Shown piece by piece: positions 36,301 through 47,751 of a stretch of 64,000 nucleotides of DNA (positions are counted from its first letter, which is position 1; each line of letters opens with the position of its first letter). The stretch covers positions 2,046,001 to 2,110,000 of the forward strand of contig OZ251232.1 in NCBI GenBank assembly GCA_965240325.2. Reading direction: 5' to 3'. This stretch comes from Rebecca billardiae RCC1528. Taxonomy: Eukaryota; Protista; Haptophyta. Below the pieces are notes generated by a model. That model had not been told where the DNA came from. It saw only the letters and a program-made list of their open reading frames with translations, and searched no databases. Position numbers and translations under genes: made by a program.

Positions 36301-38816
36301 TCGCCCTGCACGACCGAGACGTCCGGGTCGCCCTCGAGCGTCTGCATCAGCACGGCCGCCGCCGGCGCGTGGTGGTTGGAGCCCTCGACCACCTCGGACG
36401 TGCGGATCGCGAGCTTGATGCCGAGCGTGCGCAGCAGATTGTTGATCTGCTCGACGCTCAGGCCGCCGCTCGCGCCGCCGAGCGTGCTCGCAAACTCGAG
36501 CACGTGCGCGCCGCCGGTGCGGTGCGCCTTCTCGAGCAGCTTGAACAGCTTGGAGTTCTTGTGCTGAACGAACTCGGGCGGGACATCGCCCGCGCGCATG
36601 TGGCGGACAAAGAGCGCGCGCGCCGCGTCGCTCTCCGCGAGGAAGAGGCGCAGCATCGCGGCCGTGCACGCGTCCTCCGCGTCCTCGAGGTTTGGCTCGA
36701 ACGTCACGTCCGCAAGCTCGGCCGCGTCCGCGCCCTCGGCGAGCAAGCCCGTCACCGACTCGACGCACCACGCGCCGACGTTCGCCACGCGAAGCACGTC
36801 GCCCACGCGCAGCGCGTACGCCATGCGCGGCTTCATCGGCCACCCGTTCAGCTTCGCGCCGCCCGACTTCGGCCCCTTGTTCCGGCCGAGGAAGACGGCC
36901 GCGGCGCCGATGATCCTGAGGTACCGCGGCCCGCCGGTCGGGGGAGCGTCACCGCGCGCGGACTCGATCCGAACGTGCGTGCCGTGCGTCGCGCGGACGA
37001 GCGCGTCGCCCGAGCGGAGCGCGGGCGAGCCCGAACCCGCTTCGGGCGCGAGCTGCGTCTCGCCGCCCATCGCCGCCGACGCGAGGGCGGCGCGCAGCTT
37101 GGGCTCGAACCGCGCCGGCGCGCCGTCCGCGCACGCCGCGCCGCCGCCGCTGCCGCCTGCGGCGGGTGCGCCCGGCGGCGGCGGCGGCGCGGAGCCGGGG
37201 CCCATCTCGGCGCTCGCGCCGACGTCGTCTGCAGGCGGCTGCGCCGCGCCGCCGGCACCACCCGCGCCGCCGACGCCGCCGGGCGGCGCATCCGCGCGCT
37301 CGGGCGCATGCGCGCGCGCGCCGCGCACCTCCGCGCCCGCCGGCTGCTTGCCTCGCGCCGGCGCGTCGGCGCCGGCGCCGGCGTGCGCGCTCGCGGCGGC
37401 GGCGTCGGCGCGCGGCGGCGTCGGCTCGGGCTCAAAGTCCGAGTCCGACGCCGCCGGCCCGCCGCCGGAGGTCGAGGCCGGGCCGGCGCCGTCCGCCACC
37501 GACTCGACGGTCCACTCGAGGGCGTTGTTCACCGTGAGCCCCGCCACGCGCAGCACGTCGCCCTTGTGCAGCGCGTACGCCGTGTGCGCCTTGAGACGGT
37601 AACCGTTCAGCGAGACCACCGTCGAGATGCGCGAGGCCGGGTTGAGGTCGGTCACCGCGCCGCCCTTGATCTCGACGTGCTGCCGGCCGAGGTTGTTGTT
37701 GTGGACGCGCACGCGCCCGCCCGCGGGCGACTCGCCTTGGACCGCGCGGCCGAGCACGTCGCCCGATCGGAGCGCGGGGGCACCACCAGAGCGGCCCTTG
37801 AGCAGCGCGTGGCCGCCCTTGCCGCTCGGCGCCGCGGCCGCGGCGGCGCGCGCGGCGAGGAAATCGGACTCGCCGTCCGCCTCGCGCGGCTCGGCGCCGG
37901 TGATGGCGTCTGAGCCGGCGGCGAGCGCCGGCGCCGCTGCGTCGTCGGCGCGCGTATGCGCATGCGCGCGCGCGCCGAGCGCCTTCGCGCCCGCCGGCTG
38001 CTTGCCTCGCGCCGGCGCGTCGGCGCCGGCGCCGGCGTGCGCGCTCGCGGCGGCGGCGTCGGCGCGCGGCGGCGTCGGCTCGGGCTCAAAGTCCGAGTCC
38101 GCCGCCGCCGGCCCGCCGCCGGAGGTCGAGGCCGGGCCGCCGCCGTCGGCGGACGCGGGCGCGCTCGCCGCGCCGCTGTCGGCCGCGCGGGCCGGCGGCG
38201 GCTGCTTCGCCGCCTCGGCGTCGGCGTCGGCGCCGGAGGCCGCGGCCGCGCGGGTACCGTCGCCACCCGAGACGTCGCGCGGCGGCGCGGGGGCGAAGTA
38301 CCGGTGGATGCCGATGGGCTCGCCGCCGCGGCCGCCGCCGCGGCCGCGGCCGCCGCTGCCGTGCCCGTCGCCTTGCGCGCTCGCCGCGCGCGGCGGCGCG
38401 GCGGCGGACTGCGCGTCCTCCACGTGCGCGCGCGCGCCCGCCGCGCCGCCGCGCGCCGCCGCGCCGTCGGCCGGCGCGGCCGGCGCGGCCGGCGCGGCCG
38501 GCGCGGCCGGCGCGGCCGGCGGTGCCGCGCCCTTGGGTGCTTGCTCGACCTTGGCCTCGTCCTTCGGCTCGCCGTCGGGCACGACGGCGTTCGACGCCAC
38601 GAGCGGCCGCGCCCGCTTCGGGGCTGGCTCGCCGCCGCCGACTCGCTCGGCGCGCGCGGCCGCGCCGTCGCGCGGCTGCCCGCGCCCATCGACCGACGCC
38701 GCACGGGCCGCGGCGCCGAGGCTGGACGCAGCCAGCGCGTCGGGGCCCTCGTCGTCCACGTCCATGCCGTCCGTCAGGCGCTCGCGCGCCGCCGCATCGC
38801 CCGTCATCGCGCTCAT
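33305..38816 (-). CDS. Large (~1808 aa) multidomain protein: two FHA-like, central helical region, two AP2-like, C-terminal Myb/SANT-like
   Basis: 5.7-kb open frame with host codon bias. FHA-like LNGYRLKAHTAYALHKGDVLRVAG and LNGWPMKPRMAYALRVGDVLRVAN. AP2-like FYARLNVPGKSHKKERVTRQAAEDAFD and KGVT...YRAQYRVPG...HATELAAHLDY. Removing GT-AG intron 33406-33490 joins AWTFEERLVL to PQRTACACQEEMRYL. Start uncertain. Confidence 0.75.
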
Positions 38817-39396
38817 CGTGCTCGTTGCGTGCCCTTGGGTTGCTTCGCGCGCTTCGCCGCTGTGGATGAAGTCCAACGACCTTCCTCCGCGCCAAAGCGC
38901 ACGCAAGCGCGCGAACGAGCGGAGAGCGAGTCCGGCGTCCGATCCGGGCGGAGCGCCCGGACCGCGTCAGCGGAGCCGCCGGAGCGCCCGGACCGCGTCA
39001 GCCGGACTCGCCCCAGCCGCTGGGCGCGCGCGCCTCGCCCGCGCGCGCGGCCGCGCGCGGCGCCCGCGCGCGCTGCGCGGCAGCGCGCGGGCGGCAGCGG
39101 CCGCGGCGCGGCTGCGCGGCGAGCGAGAAGCGACGGCCGCGCGCGCGGGCCGGCGGCAGCGCCAGCGCCGCCGCCGCGTCCCGCTGCCAGCGGCGCGGCC
39201 GCGCGGCGGGCGGGCGGCCGCGCGCCGCTGCGCCGCCGCGCCGGCTACGCGGCAGCCGCCGCGCCACGCGCGCCGACGAGCGCGCAGCCGCACCCCGGCA
39301 CCAGTCAGCCCACGCGCGCCGCATTCCGTCCGCCACAGCCCACCGCCCGCCCGCCGCCGCCGCCACCGCCGCCACCGCCGCCACCTGCGTCGCCGC

Positions 39397-39440
<44 letters not shown>

Positions 39441-41289
39441 GCCGCCGTCCGCCGCGCCGCCCGCCGTCCGCCGCACCGCCGCCGCAGTCTGTGCGGCGAC
39501 GGCGCTGCACGACGCGGCAGATCGGCGGGCGCGCCACCACCTCGCCGCCCGCCGCCACGGGCGCGCCAGCCGCCTCGGGCCCGCGGCGCGCGCCGCGGCG
39601 GCGGCGGCGGCGGCGGCGCGGCGCGCGCCGCACGCCGCGCGCCGGTTGCGCGGGCGCGGCGCGCGGCGCAGCCCGGCCGCCGCGCGCGGGCAGGCGGGCG
39701 CCCGCGCGCGAGGCGCGCGCGGGCGGAAGCGCGCGTACGCCGAGGGCCCCGCCCGTCGGTGTGCGCGCGTGTGCGCGCACGCGCGCGCGCCGCGTGCCGG
39801 CGCTCGTCAGGCGCGCGCGCGTCTGCCGCGGCTCGGCCGCGGCAGACGCGCGCGCGCGCGGCCGCGGCGGCGCCGATGGGCTCGCCGCGCGGGGGGCGCG
39901 CCGGCGTCAGCGCGCGCCGCTGGCGGCAGCTGCACGCCGCGTGCGCGCCACGCCGCCACGCCTGCGCCGCGCCGCACGCCGCTGCGGCGCGCGCCGCGGC
40001 CGGCGGCAGCGGCGCGCGCCGCGGGCGGCGCGCGCGCCGCGCCGCGCGCGCCGGCGCGCCCAGAGGCGGCGCGCCGCGCCTCGCCGCGCGAGCGGTTCGG
40101 TCAAACCGCCACTGCGCCGCGCGGCGGCGCCCCGCCGCGCCGTCGGCGCGGTCGGGCGCGAGCGCCGCGCGCGAGCGGCGGCGCGCAAAGGCGCCGCCGC
40201 GCCGAGCGCGCGCGCGCGCGCCTCAGCGGGGCGGCGGCCGGAGCGCGCGCGTCGGCGGCGGCGGCAGGCGGACCTCTGCAGCGCCCTCACGCGGCCGCCC
40301 GGCCACCACCCCCCACCGTGCGCGCACGCGCGGGCCCCCGTCGTCCGAGCGCAGCGCCGCCCATGGCGGATGCCGCGTGCTGCAGCGGACTGCACAGCTG
40401 CAGACCTGCCCGAGCTCGCGGCAGCTCGGCGCGCCCCGAGCTGCACGGCGCAGCGGCGCCGCGGCGCGCGTGATTGGACCGTTTGCCACCCGGCGCGAAA
40501 CGACGAAATCCGGTGGCACTCGCGCGCGCCACCGTTCAAAATCTCCGGCGCGGCGGGCAGTCCGGTCGCCGCTCGCGCCATCAGCCATGGAGGTGGTCCC
40601 CCGCCCGCGCGCTTGCTCCGCGCCGTCGTGTGCGCCGCTCGGTACCGAAGCGCGGCCGCTCCATGTGTCCAGGGCCAACGCCTGGACAGCTGAGAGTGGC
40701 ACCTTCAGCGTGCACGCCGCTACCGCCGATGCGCCGACAGCGGCAAACGTCCCGCGCCTCAGCGCCGTGCGCGACGGCCGCGGCGGGGTGAGTGGCGGCC
40801 GGGGCGGGCGGCGTGGAGTGTGTGGGTTGAGCAGCGGCGGGGCCACTGTTGAGTTGGCCCTCGGCGAGGCGGGGTGATATGCTGGGCGCAGTGCCAGAGC
40901 CCGGTGGTTGTGCAGTGGTGAGCCTCGGGGCCAGCTCCTCTCGACAGTGCCGAGCGCTGCTGAGGTGCCCCGTCTTGACCTCCCCCGCAGCCCGAGCCGC
41001 TCGGCGGCAGTCAGTTCGGGAGCAGCTGCGTCGGGCACGGCATGCTTGCTGGCTCCAGCGAGCGTACAGCCAACCCCGCTGCTCTAGGGAGCGGGTGGTC
41101 GGGGGGCCCGCGTACCCTGTCCCCGCGTGCGCAGGGCTCTCGCCGGCCGCCGACCCCTATTTATTGTCTCCGCCTCAGGCTGCTCGGCTAGTTGGGGCTC
41201 GGACGCGCGTCGCGGCACAGCGCCGCGCGGCCGCGAGCGCGGCGCGCGCATCGGCCGCCTGCCTGAGGCTCGGCCCGGCGGGCGCGGCG

Positions 41290-43200
41290 CGGGGTGGGAC
41301 GGGCGGCGAGGGCTGGCGCCAGCCGCCTCGGCCGCTCGGCCATGGTACCTACACGACCACCAAGCTCGCAAACACCGGCCTCATCCCCTCCGCCCCAGGC
41401 CGCATCAGGCGCGGGGATTAATTTCGGAGGGGGCTAGACTGAGCGCGCGGGCTCAGGCGGCAGAGCGCGGCGCTGCCTCGCACGGCCGGCACATTGTCCA
41501 CCCCGCTGCCGAGCCAGCACTCGGGCTGGCGCCAGCCGCCTCGGCCGCTCGGCCATGGTACCTACACGACCACCAAGCTCGCAAACACCGGCCTCATCCC
41601 CTCCGCCCCAGGCCGCATCAGGCGGGATGAATTTCGGAGGGGGCTCAGACTGAGCGCGCGGGCTCAGGCGGCAGAGCGCGGCGCTGCCTCGCACGGCCGG
41701 CACATTGTCCACCCCGCTGCCGAGCCAGCACTCGGGCTGGCGCCAGCCGCCTCGGCCGCTCGGCCATGGTACCTACACGACCACCAAGCTCGCAAACACC
41801 GGCCTCATCCCCTCCGCCCCAGGCCGCATCAGGCGGGATGAATTTCGGAGGGGGCTCAGACTGAGCGCGCGGGCTCAGGCGGCAGAGCGCGGCGCCTCGC
41901 ACGGCCGGCACATTGTCCACCCCGCTGCCGAGCCAGCACTCCTCCCGGCCTGACAGGCCGCAGGGCCAGGCGCGATTAAATTCGACGAGTGATTTAAACT
42001 GATTTTCCGAGCCTCACTCAGGCTCGGCCGGCCGGCCGCCGGCGGAGGCCGCGGCGGCGGGGCGCGGGGCGGGCGGCGAGGGCTGGCGCCCGCCGCCTCG
42101 ACCGCTCGGCCATGGTACCGACGCCGGAGGAGGCCGCGCCGGCCCCGGGCTATGTACCTCCCGGCCCTGACAGGCCGCAGGGGCAGGCGCGATTAAATTC
42201 GACGAGTGATTTCAGTGATTTTCCGAGCCTCACTCAGGCTCGGCCGCCGGCGGAGGCCGCGGCGGCGGGGCGCGGGGCGGGCGGCGAGGGCTGGCGCCAG
42301 CCGCCTCGACCGCTCGGCCATGGTACCGACACGACCACCGAGCCTTGAAACGCCGGCCTCATCCCCTCCGCCCCAGGCCGCAGGCGGGATGAATTTCGGA
42401 GGGGGCTAGACTCTGAGCGCGAGCTGGCTGCGCCGTCCGCGCGGCAGTGCGCGGCGCCTTGCTCCGCCTCGCGCTGCCGCGAGCCGGCAAGGGCTGGCGC
42501 CAGCCGCCTCGACCGCTCGGCCATGGTACCGACACGACCACCGAGCCACGAACGCCGGCCTCATCCCCCCCGCCCCAGGCCGCAGGCGGGATTAATTTCG
42601 GAGGGGGCGCTAGACTCTGAGCGCGGGCTGGCGGCAGAGCGCAGCGCTTCGCTCGGGCCGCGGCACAGTCCACCCGGCTGCCGAGCCAGCACCAGGGCTG
42701 GCGCCAGCCGCCTCGACCGCTCGGCCATGGTATCGCGCCACCACCGCAGCTCGTGGGCGCCGGCCTCATCCCCTCGATCCGCAATACTCAATAGGCCGCA
42801 GGCGGGTGATTAATTTCGGAGGGGCGGGCTACGCCTATATAGATTCTGAGCGCGGGCTGGCGGCCGGCACAGCGCGGCGCCACGCCGCTCCGGGCCGCGG
42901 CACAGTGCCACGCACAGTCCACCCCACCGCTGCCGAGCCAGCACCCCTGGGGCTGGCGCCAGCCTGCCTCGGCCGCTTGGCCGCTAGTGGTACCGCGCCT
43001 ACCACCGAGCTTAATGATGCATGGGTGCCGGCCTCATCGGCCCGCTCCGCCCCAGGCGGCAGGCGGGACGCGGGTGACGATTGATTTTCGGAGGGCGGGG
43101 CTGGACTCTGCTGAGCGCGCGGGCTGGCAGTGGCGGCAGCAGAGCGCGGCGCCTCGCAGCTCGCTCGGGCCGCGGCACAGTCCACCCCGCCAACGCCTGC
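41290..43200. repeat. Satellite-like array of ~205-213-bp units, progressively degenerate
   Basis: GGCTGGCGCC(A/C)GCC(T)GCCTC starts at ~41311, 41524, 41735, 42081, 42289, 42492, 42696 and 42951. Recurrent AT-rich core GAT(T/G)AATTTCGGAGGGG. The first three units are nearly identical. Confidence 0.92.
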
Positions 43201-43926
43201 GCCGCCGGCCGCGCCGCCGCCTGCGCCCCTGACCAGCAGCGAGATCCAGGAGGGATCCGCGTGAGCTGCCGCCGCGCCGCCAGCCGAGAGTGTCCCGCTG
43301 CTGGCCTCCGTGCCCCCAGCGCGCTCAAGCTGCGCATCCACTGCGCGGGAGCGTGGGAGGTTCCAAGGCGGAGGCGTCAGTGGCGGCGGCGGCGGCGAGG
43401 GCGGGGGCGGCGGCGGCGACGGCGGCCTCGGTGGCGATGGCGACGGTGGTGGCGGCCTCGGCGGCGATGGTGACGGTGGCATGGGCGAGGGCGGGCTCGG
43501 TGGGGGCGGTGGAGGATGTGGGTGGTGCCGACGGTACCATCCTCGCCGGTGGTCGCGCTGATGCGGAGGCGGCGCCGGCGATGGCGGCGGTGACATGTGG
43601 ATGATCCGCTGGAAGGCAGCGCGCGTCTTCTCGATCGGCGGCGGCGGCGGCGGCGGCGGCGGGAACGGGCTGTGGCGCATGGTCCAACGGCGAGTGTGCC
43701 GCCGACGATGCGCGCCGTCGAGGTCCCCGGGGGGCGGCGACGGCGACGGAGGCGGCGGAGGCGGCGAAGACGGCTCATCCTCACCGTCGCGATGACGTCT
43801 CCGCCGGGCGCGTCGCGCTCGCGAGGGGTCGGGCACAGATACGGTCGACAGGGAGGTGGCCAGCAGTATCACTGCCAGAGCGCAGCACAGCGCGGCGGCT
43901 ACGAGCACGCCATGCCGCCTCCGCAT
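42835..43926 (-). pseudogene. Truncated duplicate of the Pro-rich gene reading into the satellite (363-codon chimeric ORF)
   Basis: About the first 218 aa are identical to the 827-aa protein. The rest is translated junction and satellite sequence. Confidence 0.7.
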
Positions 43927-44216
43927 GCTCTTGGACCGCGCTCACGCTGCGCGCGCGGCGGAGCGCATGGCTTTTTCCTTATGATCGCTGCATCAAGCTG
44001 GCCAGCCTGCCTGCCGCAAGCGCGTTGACCCTGCTCCGGCAGTTCGAACCCCGTGACATTGACTGTCGCGGCGGTTGAAATGCGGATCGTGGTCGTCTCG
44101 CTCGTCGGCGAGACCGCCAGATTCTCCGCCGTCCGCGCAGTGCGCCCGCCACGCGTGCGTCTCAATTTTGCGACAGCAAGGCGCTGAAATCATTTTTCGA
44201 GCGTGGCCACGGGCCC
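43271..44216. repeat. Right copy of ~950-bp direct duplication
   Basis: Matches 22477-23442 and continues directly into the 5' region of the gene at 44257. Confidence 0.95.
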
Positions 44217-44256
44217 GGGCCTCCGCTAGCGCCGGCGGGCGGGCTTCAATCCCACG

Positions 44257-45801
44257 ATGGCGGACGCACCAACAGCGCCCAGTGATGATGAGCTCCACGA
44301 CCTTCTCGTGGATGAGGCGCAGCGTGTGCTGCCAGAGCACACGAGCGTGGCCGATGCGGCGGCCGTTTTGCGTGACGCCGCGCGCAGGCGAGTCGTGGAT
44401 GGTAGAGACGTGCGGCTGCACGTGCTGCGTGTGCTGCTCGGCAGCGTCATCTCACACGGCGGCGCGCGAGACTCGGCCGCACTTGACAGCCCCGTGTGCG
44501 CGCTCGTGCGCGCGGCCGAGGCGTCAGTCGGCTGTGGCGACGACGAGCGCCCTCTACTCGACGCCATCGTCGCCGTGCTGAGCGCACACCGCGCGGGCGG
44601 CGAGCGGCTGCTCGACTGCGGTGGCGGCGCCCTCTTTGCCAACGCAGTGCAGGCGTTCCTCTGGGCGGAGGTGCTGCAGCCGCTGAGCGTGATCGCGTGG
44701 CACGCCGCTAGCGACGCGACGCCCGTGCCGGACGAGGCTGCGCCGTCAGCTTTGGACCCGCGCGCGACGACGCCGTGGACGAAGCTGGTGCGCTGGCTGC
44801 GTGAGCACGCGCTCGCGGGTGGCGCGGCGGCCAGCGAGGACGATGCGCACAGCGCCGAAGGCGCTCCGAGCGCCGCGCGCTGCGCAGGCGGGGTGGGCGC
44901 GTCGATCGCGCGCCCTCCCGCGAGCTCGGACGAGTGGGAGCGCATCGCGTGCTCGGCGCGCACCAGCTGGACCCCTGAGCGCGTGCGCGTCGCTCTGAGC
45001 GTCGAGCTCGGCGCTGCGCGCGAGCAGGTGATCGCGCTCGACGGCGTGGTGGATGAGTGGATGCGCGCGGCCATCCTCGAGTTTGTGACCGAGCCCGGGT
45101 GGGACCACTCGGGCGGGCCGCCGCGTGCCAAGTGGGAGCGCGCCACCGCCGACGGCGAGGGCCTCCCGCGCACGTGGGGCCTCAAGCGGCACGTGCCGGA
45201 CGGGCTGAAGGCGCTGCCCGCGGTGCGGGAGCTGCACGCGCGGCTGCGCCGGCTGTACCCGGCGTACGCCATTGCGCACATGCCCGCGGTCGGCTCGGCG
45301 GCGAACGGCGCGGTCGCGACGTGCACGCAGTTCGTGGGCAACGCGACCGTGCCCGGGGACAGCTACCAGTGGCACGTCGATGCCGACCCGCTGCTGCTGC
45401 GGCCGGAGGCGCATGGCCGCGACCTCGCGGGGTACGCCAACGGCGCGCCCGGCCGGCCGCTGCTGGTCAGCATGCTGCTGTACCTCAACCCCGAGTGGCG
45501 AGCGTCGTGGGACGCGGAGACGCTCTTCCGAGACCCCGAGCGCTCGGCGGGGGTGCTCGTGCAGCCGATCCCAGGGCGGGTGGTCCTGATGGCGCAGGAC
45601 GTTGTGCACCGCGCGTCCGCGCCGTCTGCGCGAGCGCCTTGCCCCCGCTACTCGCTCGTGTGGAAGCTGGCCTTCCTCGGTGGACCGCAGAGGCACGGCG
45701 GGGCCAGCGCAGACGCTGTCACCCCTGGTACGGCGGCTTCGCAGCAGGCGGTGCGCGTCTCCCTCGCGCGTGAGGAATGGGGACCGCCCTCGCTCGTCTG
45801 A
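44257..45801 (+). CDS. 2OG-Fe(II) oxygenase, prolyl-hydroxylase-like, 514 aa
   Basis: YQWHVDAD, VSMLLYLNPEWRASWDAETLF, VQPIPGRVVLM...VVHRASAPS and RYSLVWK motifs. Confidence 0.88.
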   Translation: MADAPTAPSDDELHDLLVDEAQRVLPEHTSVADAAAVLRDAARRRVVDGRDVRLHVLRVLLGSVISHGGARDSAALDSPVCALVRAAEASVGCGDDERPLLDAIVAVLSAHRAGGERLLDCGGGALFANAVQAFLWAEVLQPLSVIAWHAASDATPVPDEAAPSALDPRATTPWTKLVRWLREHALAGGAAASEDDAHSAEGAPSAARCAGGVGASIARPPASSDEWERIACSARTSWTPERVRVALSVELGAAREQVIALDGVVDEWMRAAILEFVTEPGWDHSGGPPRAKWERATADGEGLPRTWGLKRHVPDGLKALPAVRELHARLRRLYPAYAIAHMPAVGSAANGAVATCTQFVGNATVPGDSYQWHVDADPLLLRPEAHGRDLAGYANGAPGRPLLVSMLLYLNPEWRASWDAETLFRDPERSAGVLVQPIPGRVVLMAQDVVHRASAPSARAPCPRYSLVWKLAFLGGPQRHGGASADAVTPGTAASQQAVRVSLAREEWGPPSLV

Positions 45802-45849
45802 GAAGGCGCGCAGCAGACTTCGTCGGACGACTTACGCCGCCATCGCGGC

Positions 45850-47164
45850 TATAAATTTATGACCGCGTTCCGCGGTCCTTTTCTGCATAGAATCAACGCA
45901 GTTGGGGGCCCGCGGTGGCCGTGCAATCGCGGCTCTCCGCCGTAGTGGCAGTTCGCCAGTTGAAGTCGGTTCTGAGATGACTCGGAAGCTATATTAGTCC
46001 GACCGTCGCCCTGCCTGCGCGACCGCGAGACTCATTCACACTTCTGACTTCACACAATCACAGCAGCGGACCTGAGACCGCACCCGGCACCGGTCGTCAA
46101 ATCGGACGTCCGTCTGACAACTAGCTGCCAAATGTCCAACTGGCTGATCAGCTCGGATCCGACCCGTCCGCGATCGTGCCATCGGCATCGGAATTACTAC
46201 TAGTAGCTGCCAAACTGTGTCCAACTCTGGCTGATCAGCTCGGATCCGACCCGTCCGCGATCGTGCCGAGTGAGTCGTGCCGCGGAGCTCGGAGTACTGA
46301 AGGAGTCGGGTGTGACAGCAGGGTGCTTTAGCGCTGCGGCCCGTGCCAGCCAACGACCAGACGTACTCTGGCCACTTGACCCGTTGCACGGGTGAGTGAC
46401 CGTACGCCCTGCCTAGTGCCTACCGCGCGCGCCGCGCGACCGGCGACTCGGGGTGATGGAGAGCGGATGGCGACAGCAGCAGCAGTCCTCATGAAGACGA
46501 TGAAACTGGCGGCACGGGTGCACGAGGTGGCAGGCGAAAGCGCGCCGACGAGACCGCATTTGACACACCTGAGCCGCACGCGCGTGCCGTCGCCGAGCGG
46601 CGAGCGCTGCAAACGCGCAACCGTACCGCGCGCGCCACGACGGCGCGGCACTAGCTGATGCAGGCCGTACTGCCGGCACTGCTTCTGCGATCATGCGCCA
46701 CGGTCGCAGCTGACTGCGTGAGCAGCAAGCGGGAGGCGGGTCCGGAGGCACGTGCAGGCGCCGTCCCGCATATCCGCCATCGCCCATCGTGCCGGGGCAC
46801 GTCACCTCCGACGATCCGGATGTGGCCCAACGGTCCGGACGTCACGCGATCCGGGAAGACGAATACGATTCGCTCGTAACGAACCGTTACACTAATGTCA
46901 CGTCCAGCTGACGTCCAGATCGCACTTTACTTAAGGGAATCAGCTGGGCGCGGTTTTTTTTGGCCTGATAGACCTCTCAATGCGATCTCAAAAACTCGAA
47001 ACTCGGTCTCCGCCAGCCCTAAAAATCGCCCCCCGTCCCTTTTTTTTCGCCGCCCCCCGTCCCTTTTTTCTTGATCAACGATCTTTTTGAAACGTGGTTC
47101 GGGCCCGCTGGTGCGGGCTCCACGCTGCGCGCTCCGCCCTGCACCGCGGGCCATAAAATTTATA
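45850..47164. mobile_element. Possible degenerate non-autonomous element
   Basis: Imperfect inverted ends TATAAATTTATGACCGCG (45850-45867) / CGCGGGCCATAAAATTTATA (47145-47164). Contains a ~60-bp direct repeat (46121-46180, 46204-46267) and two CGCCCCCCGTCCCTTTTTT repeats. Confidence 0.35.
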
Positions 47165-47262
47165 ATATAAGACACTAGCTGTCTAGCAAGACGGCGGCAC
47201 TCTATTGGCGCTGCCGCAGCAACCATGACTGCTGCGTGACGACGATGTATACTACGACATAA

Positions 47263-47265
<3 letters not shown>

Positions 47266-47301
<36 letters not shown>

Positions 47302-47399
47302 CTGGCCGCGCGCTAAGTGGCTAGCTGCTGATCGAACTGATACTGACGTCCATCCAGGATATATATATATCGTCGCGATATATATATATATGTATATAT
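47266..47399. repeat. (CT)n and (AT)n microsatellites
   Basis: (CT)~17 at 47266-47299. AT runs at 47359-47399. Confidence 0.95.
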
Positions 47400-47751
47400 G
47401 TCCAGCAGCATCATCGATGAGTCGATATCATTGCAACGACGCGCGATTCAAATTGATGCGCCTGCAGCATCACGCGCAATATCGTCACGTAATCAGCACC
47501 CATCTGCCATCGTCACTCGAACAGCGTCGGCTCACATGGCGGAGTGACATGGCCATGCTCGGTCCGAGCGCAGCCCGACTGCATTCGAGTCTGATGCTGC
47601 CCGGCGGCCGCCATCGACATTGTCCAGTGTCTGAGATGATCAGATATATGAGTAGCAGACAGAGTATAGCTGCTGATGCATAGCAGTAGTCACGTCCGCC
47701 AAGGCTTAACGGATGATTGATGAGCGGCACTGAGTCGCGCGGACGATCCGG

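Noticed and set aside
33018-37913. 1631-aa plus-strand ORF
   Set aside because: Antisense shadow of the GC3-rich minus-strand gene. Arg/Ala-rich with no motifs.
37627-40877. 948-aa and 973-aa plus-strand ORFs
   Set aside because: Stop-codon scarcity in extreme GC sequence. Low-complexity translations.
41290-43200. Repeat-spacer (CRISPR or guide-RNA) array next to the large gene
   Set aside because: Inter-motif segments are homologous to each other, as in a decaying satellite. No nuclease recognised nearby.
46931-46950. TTAA-GG terminus of a Kolobok or piggyBac-type element (similar at ~24789)
   Set aside because: No matching inverted partner in the window.
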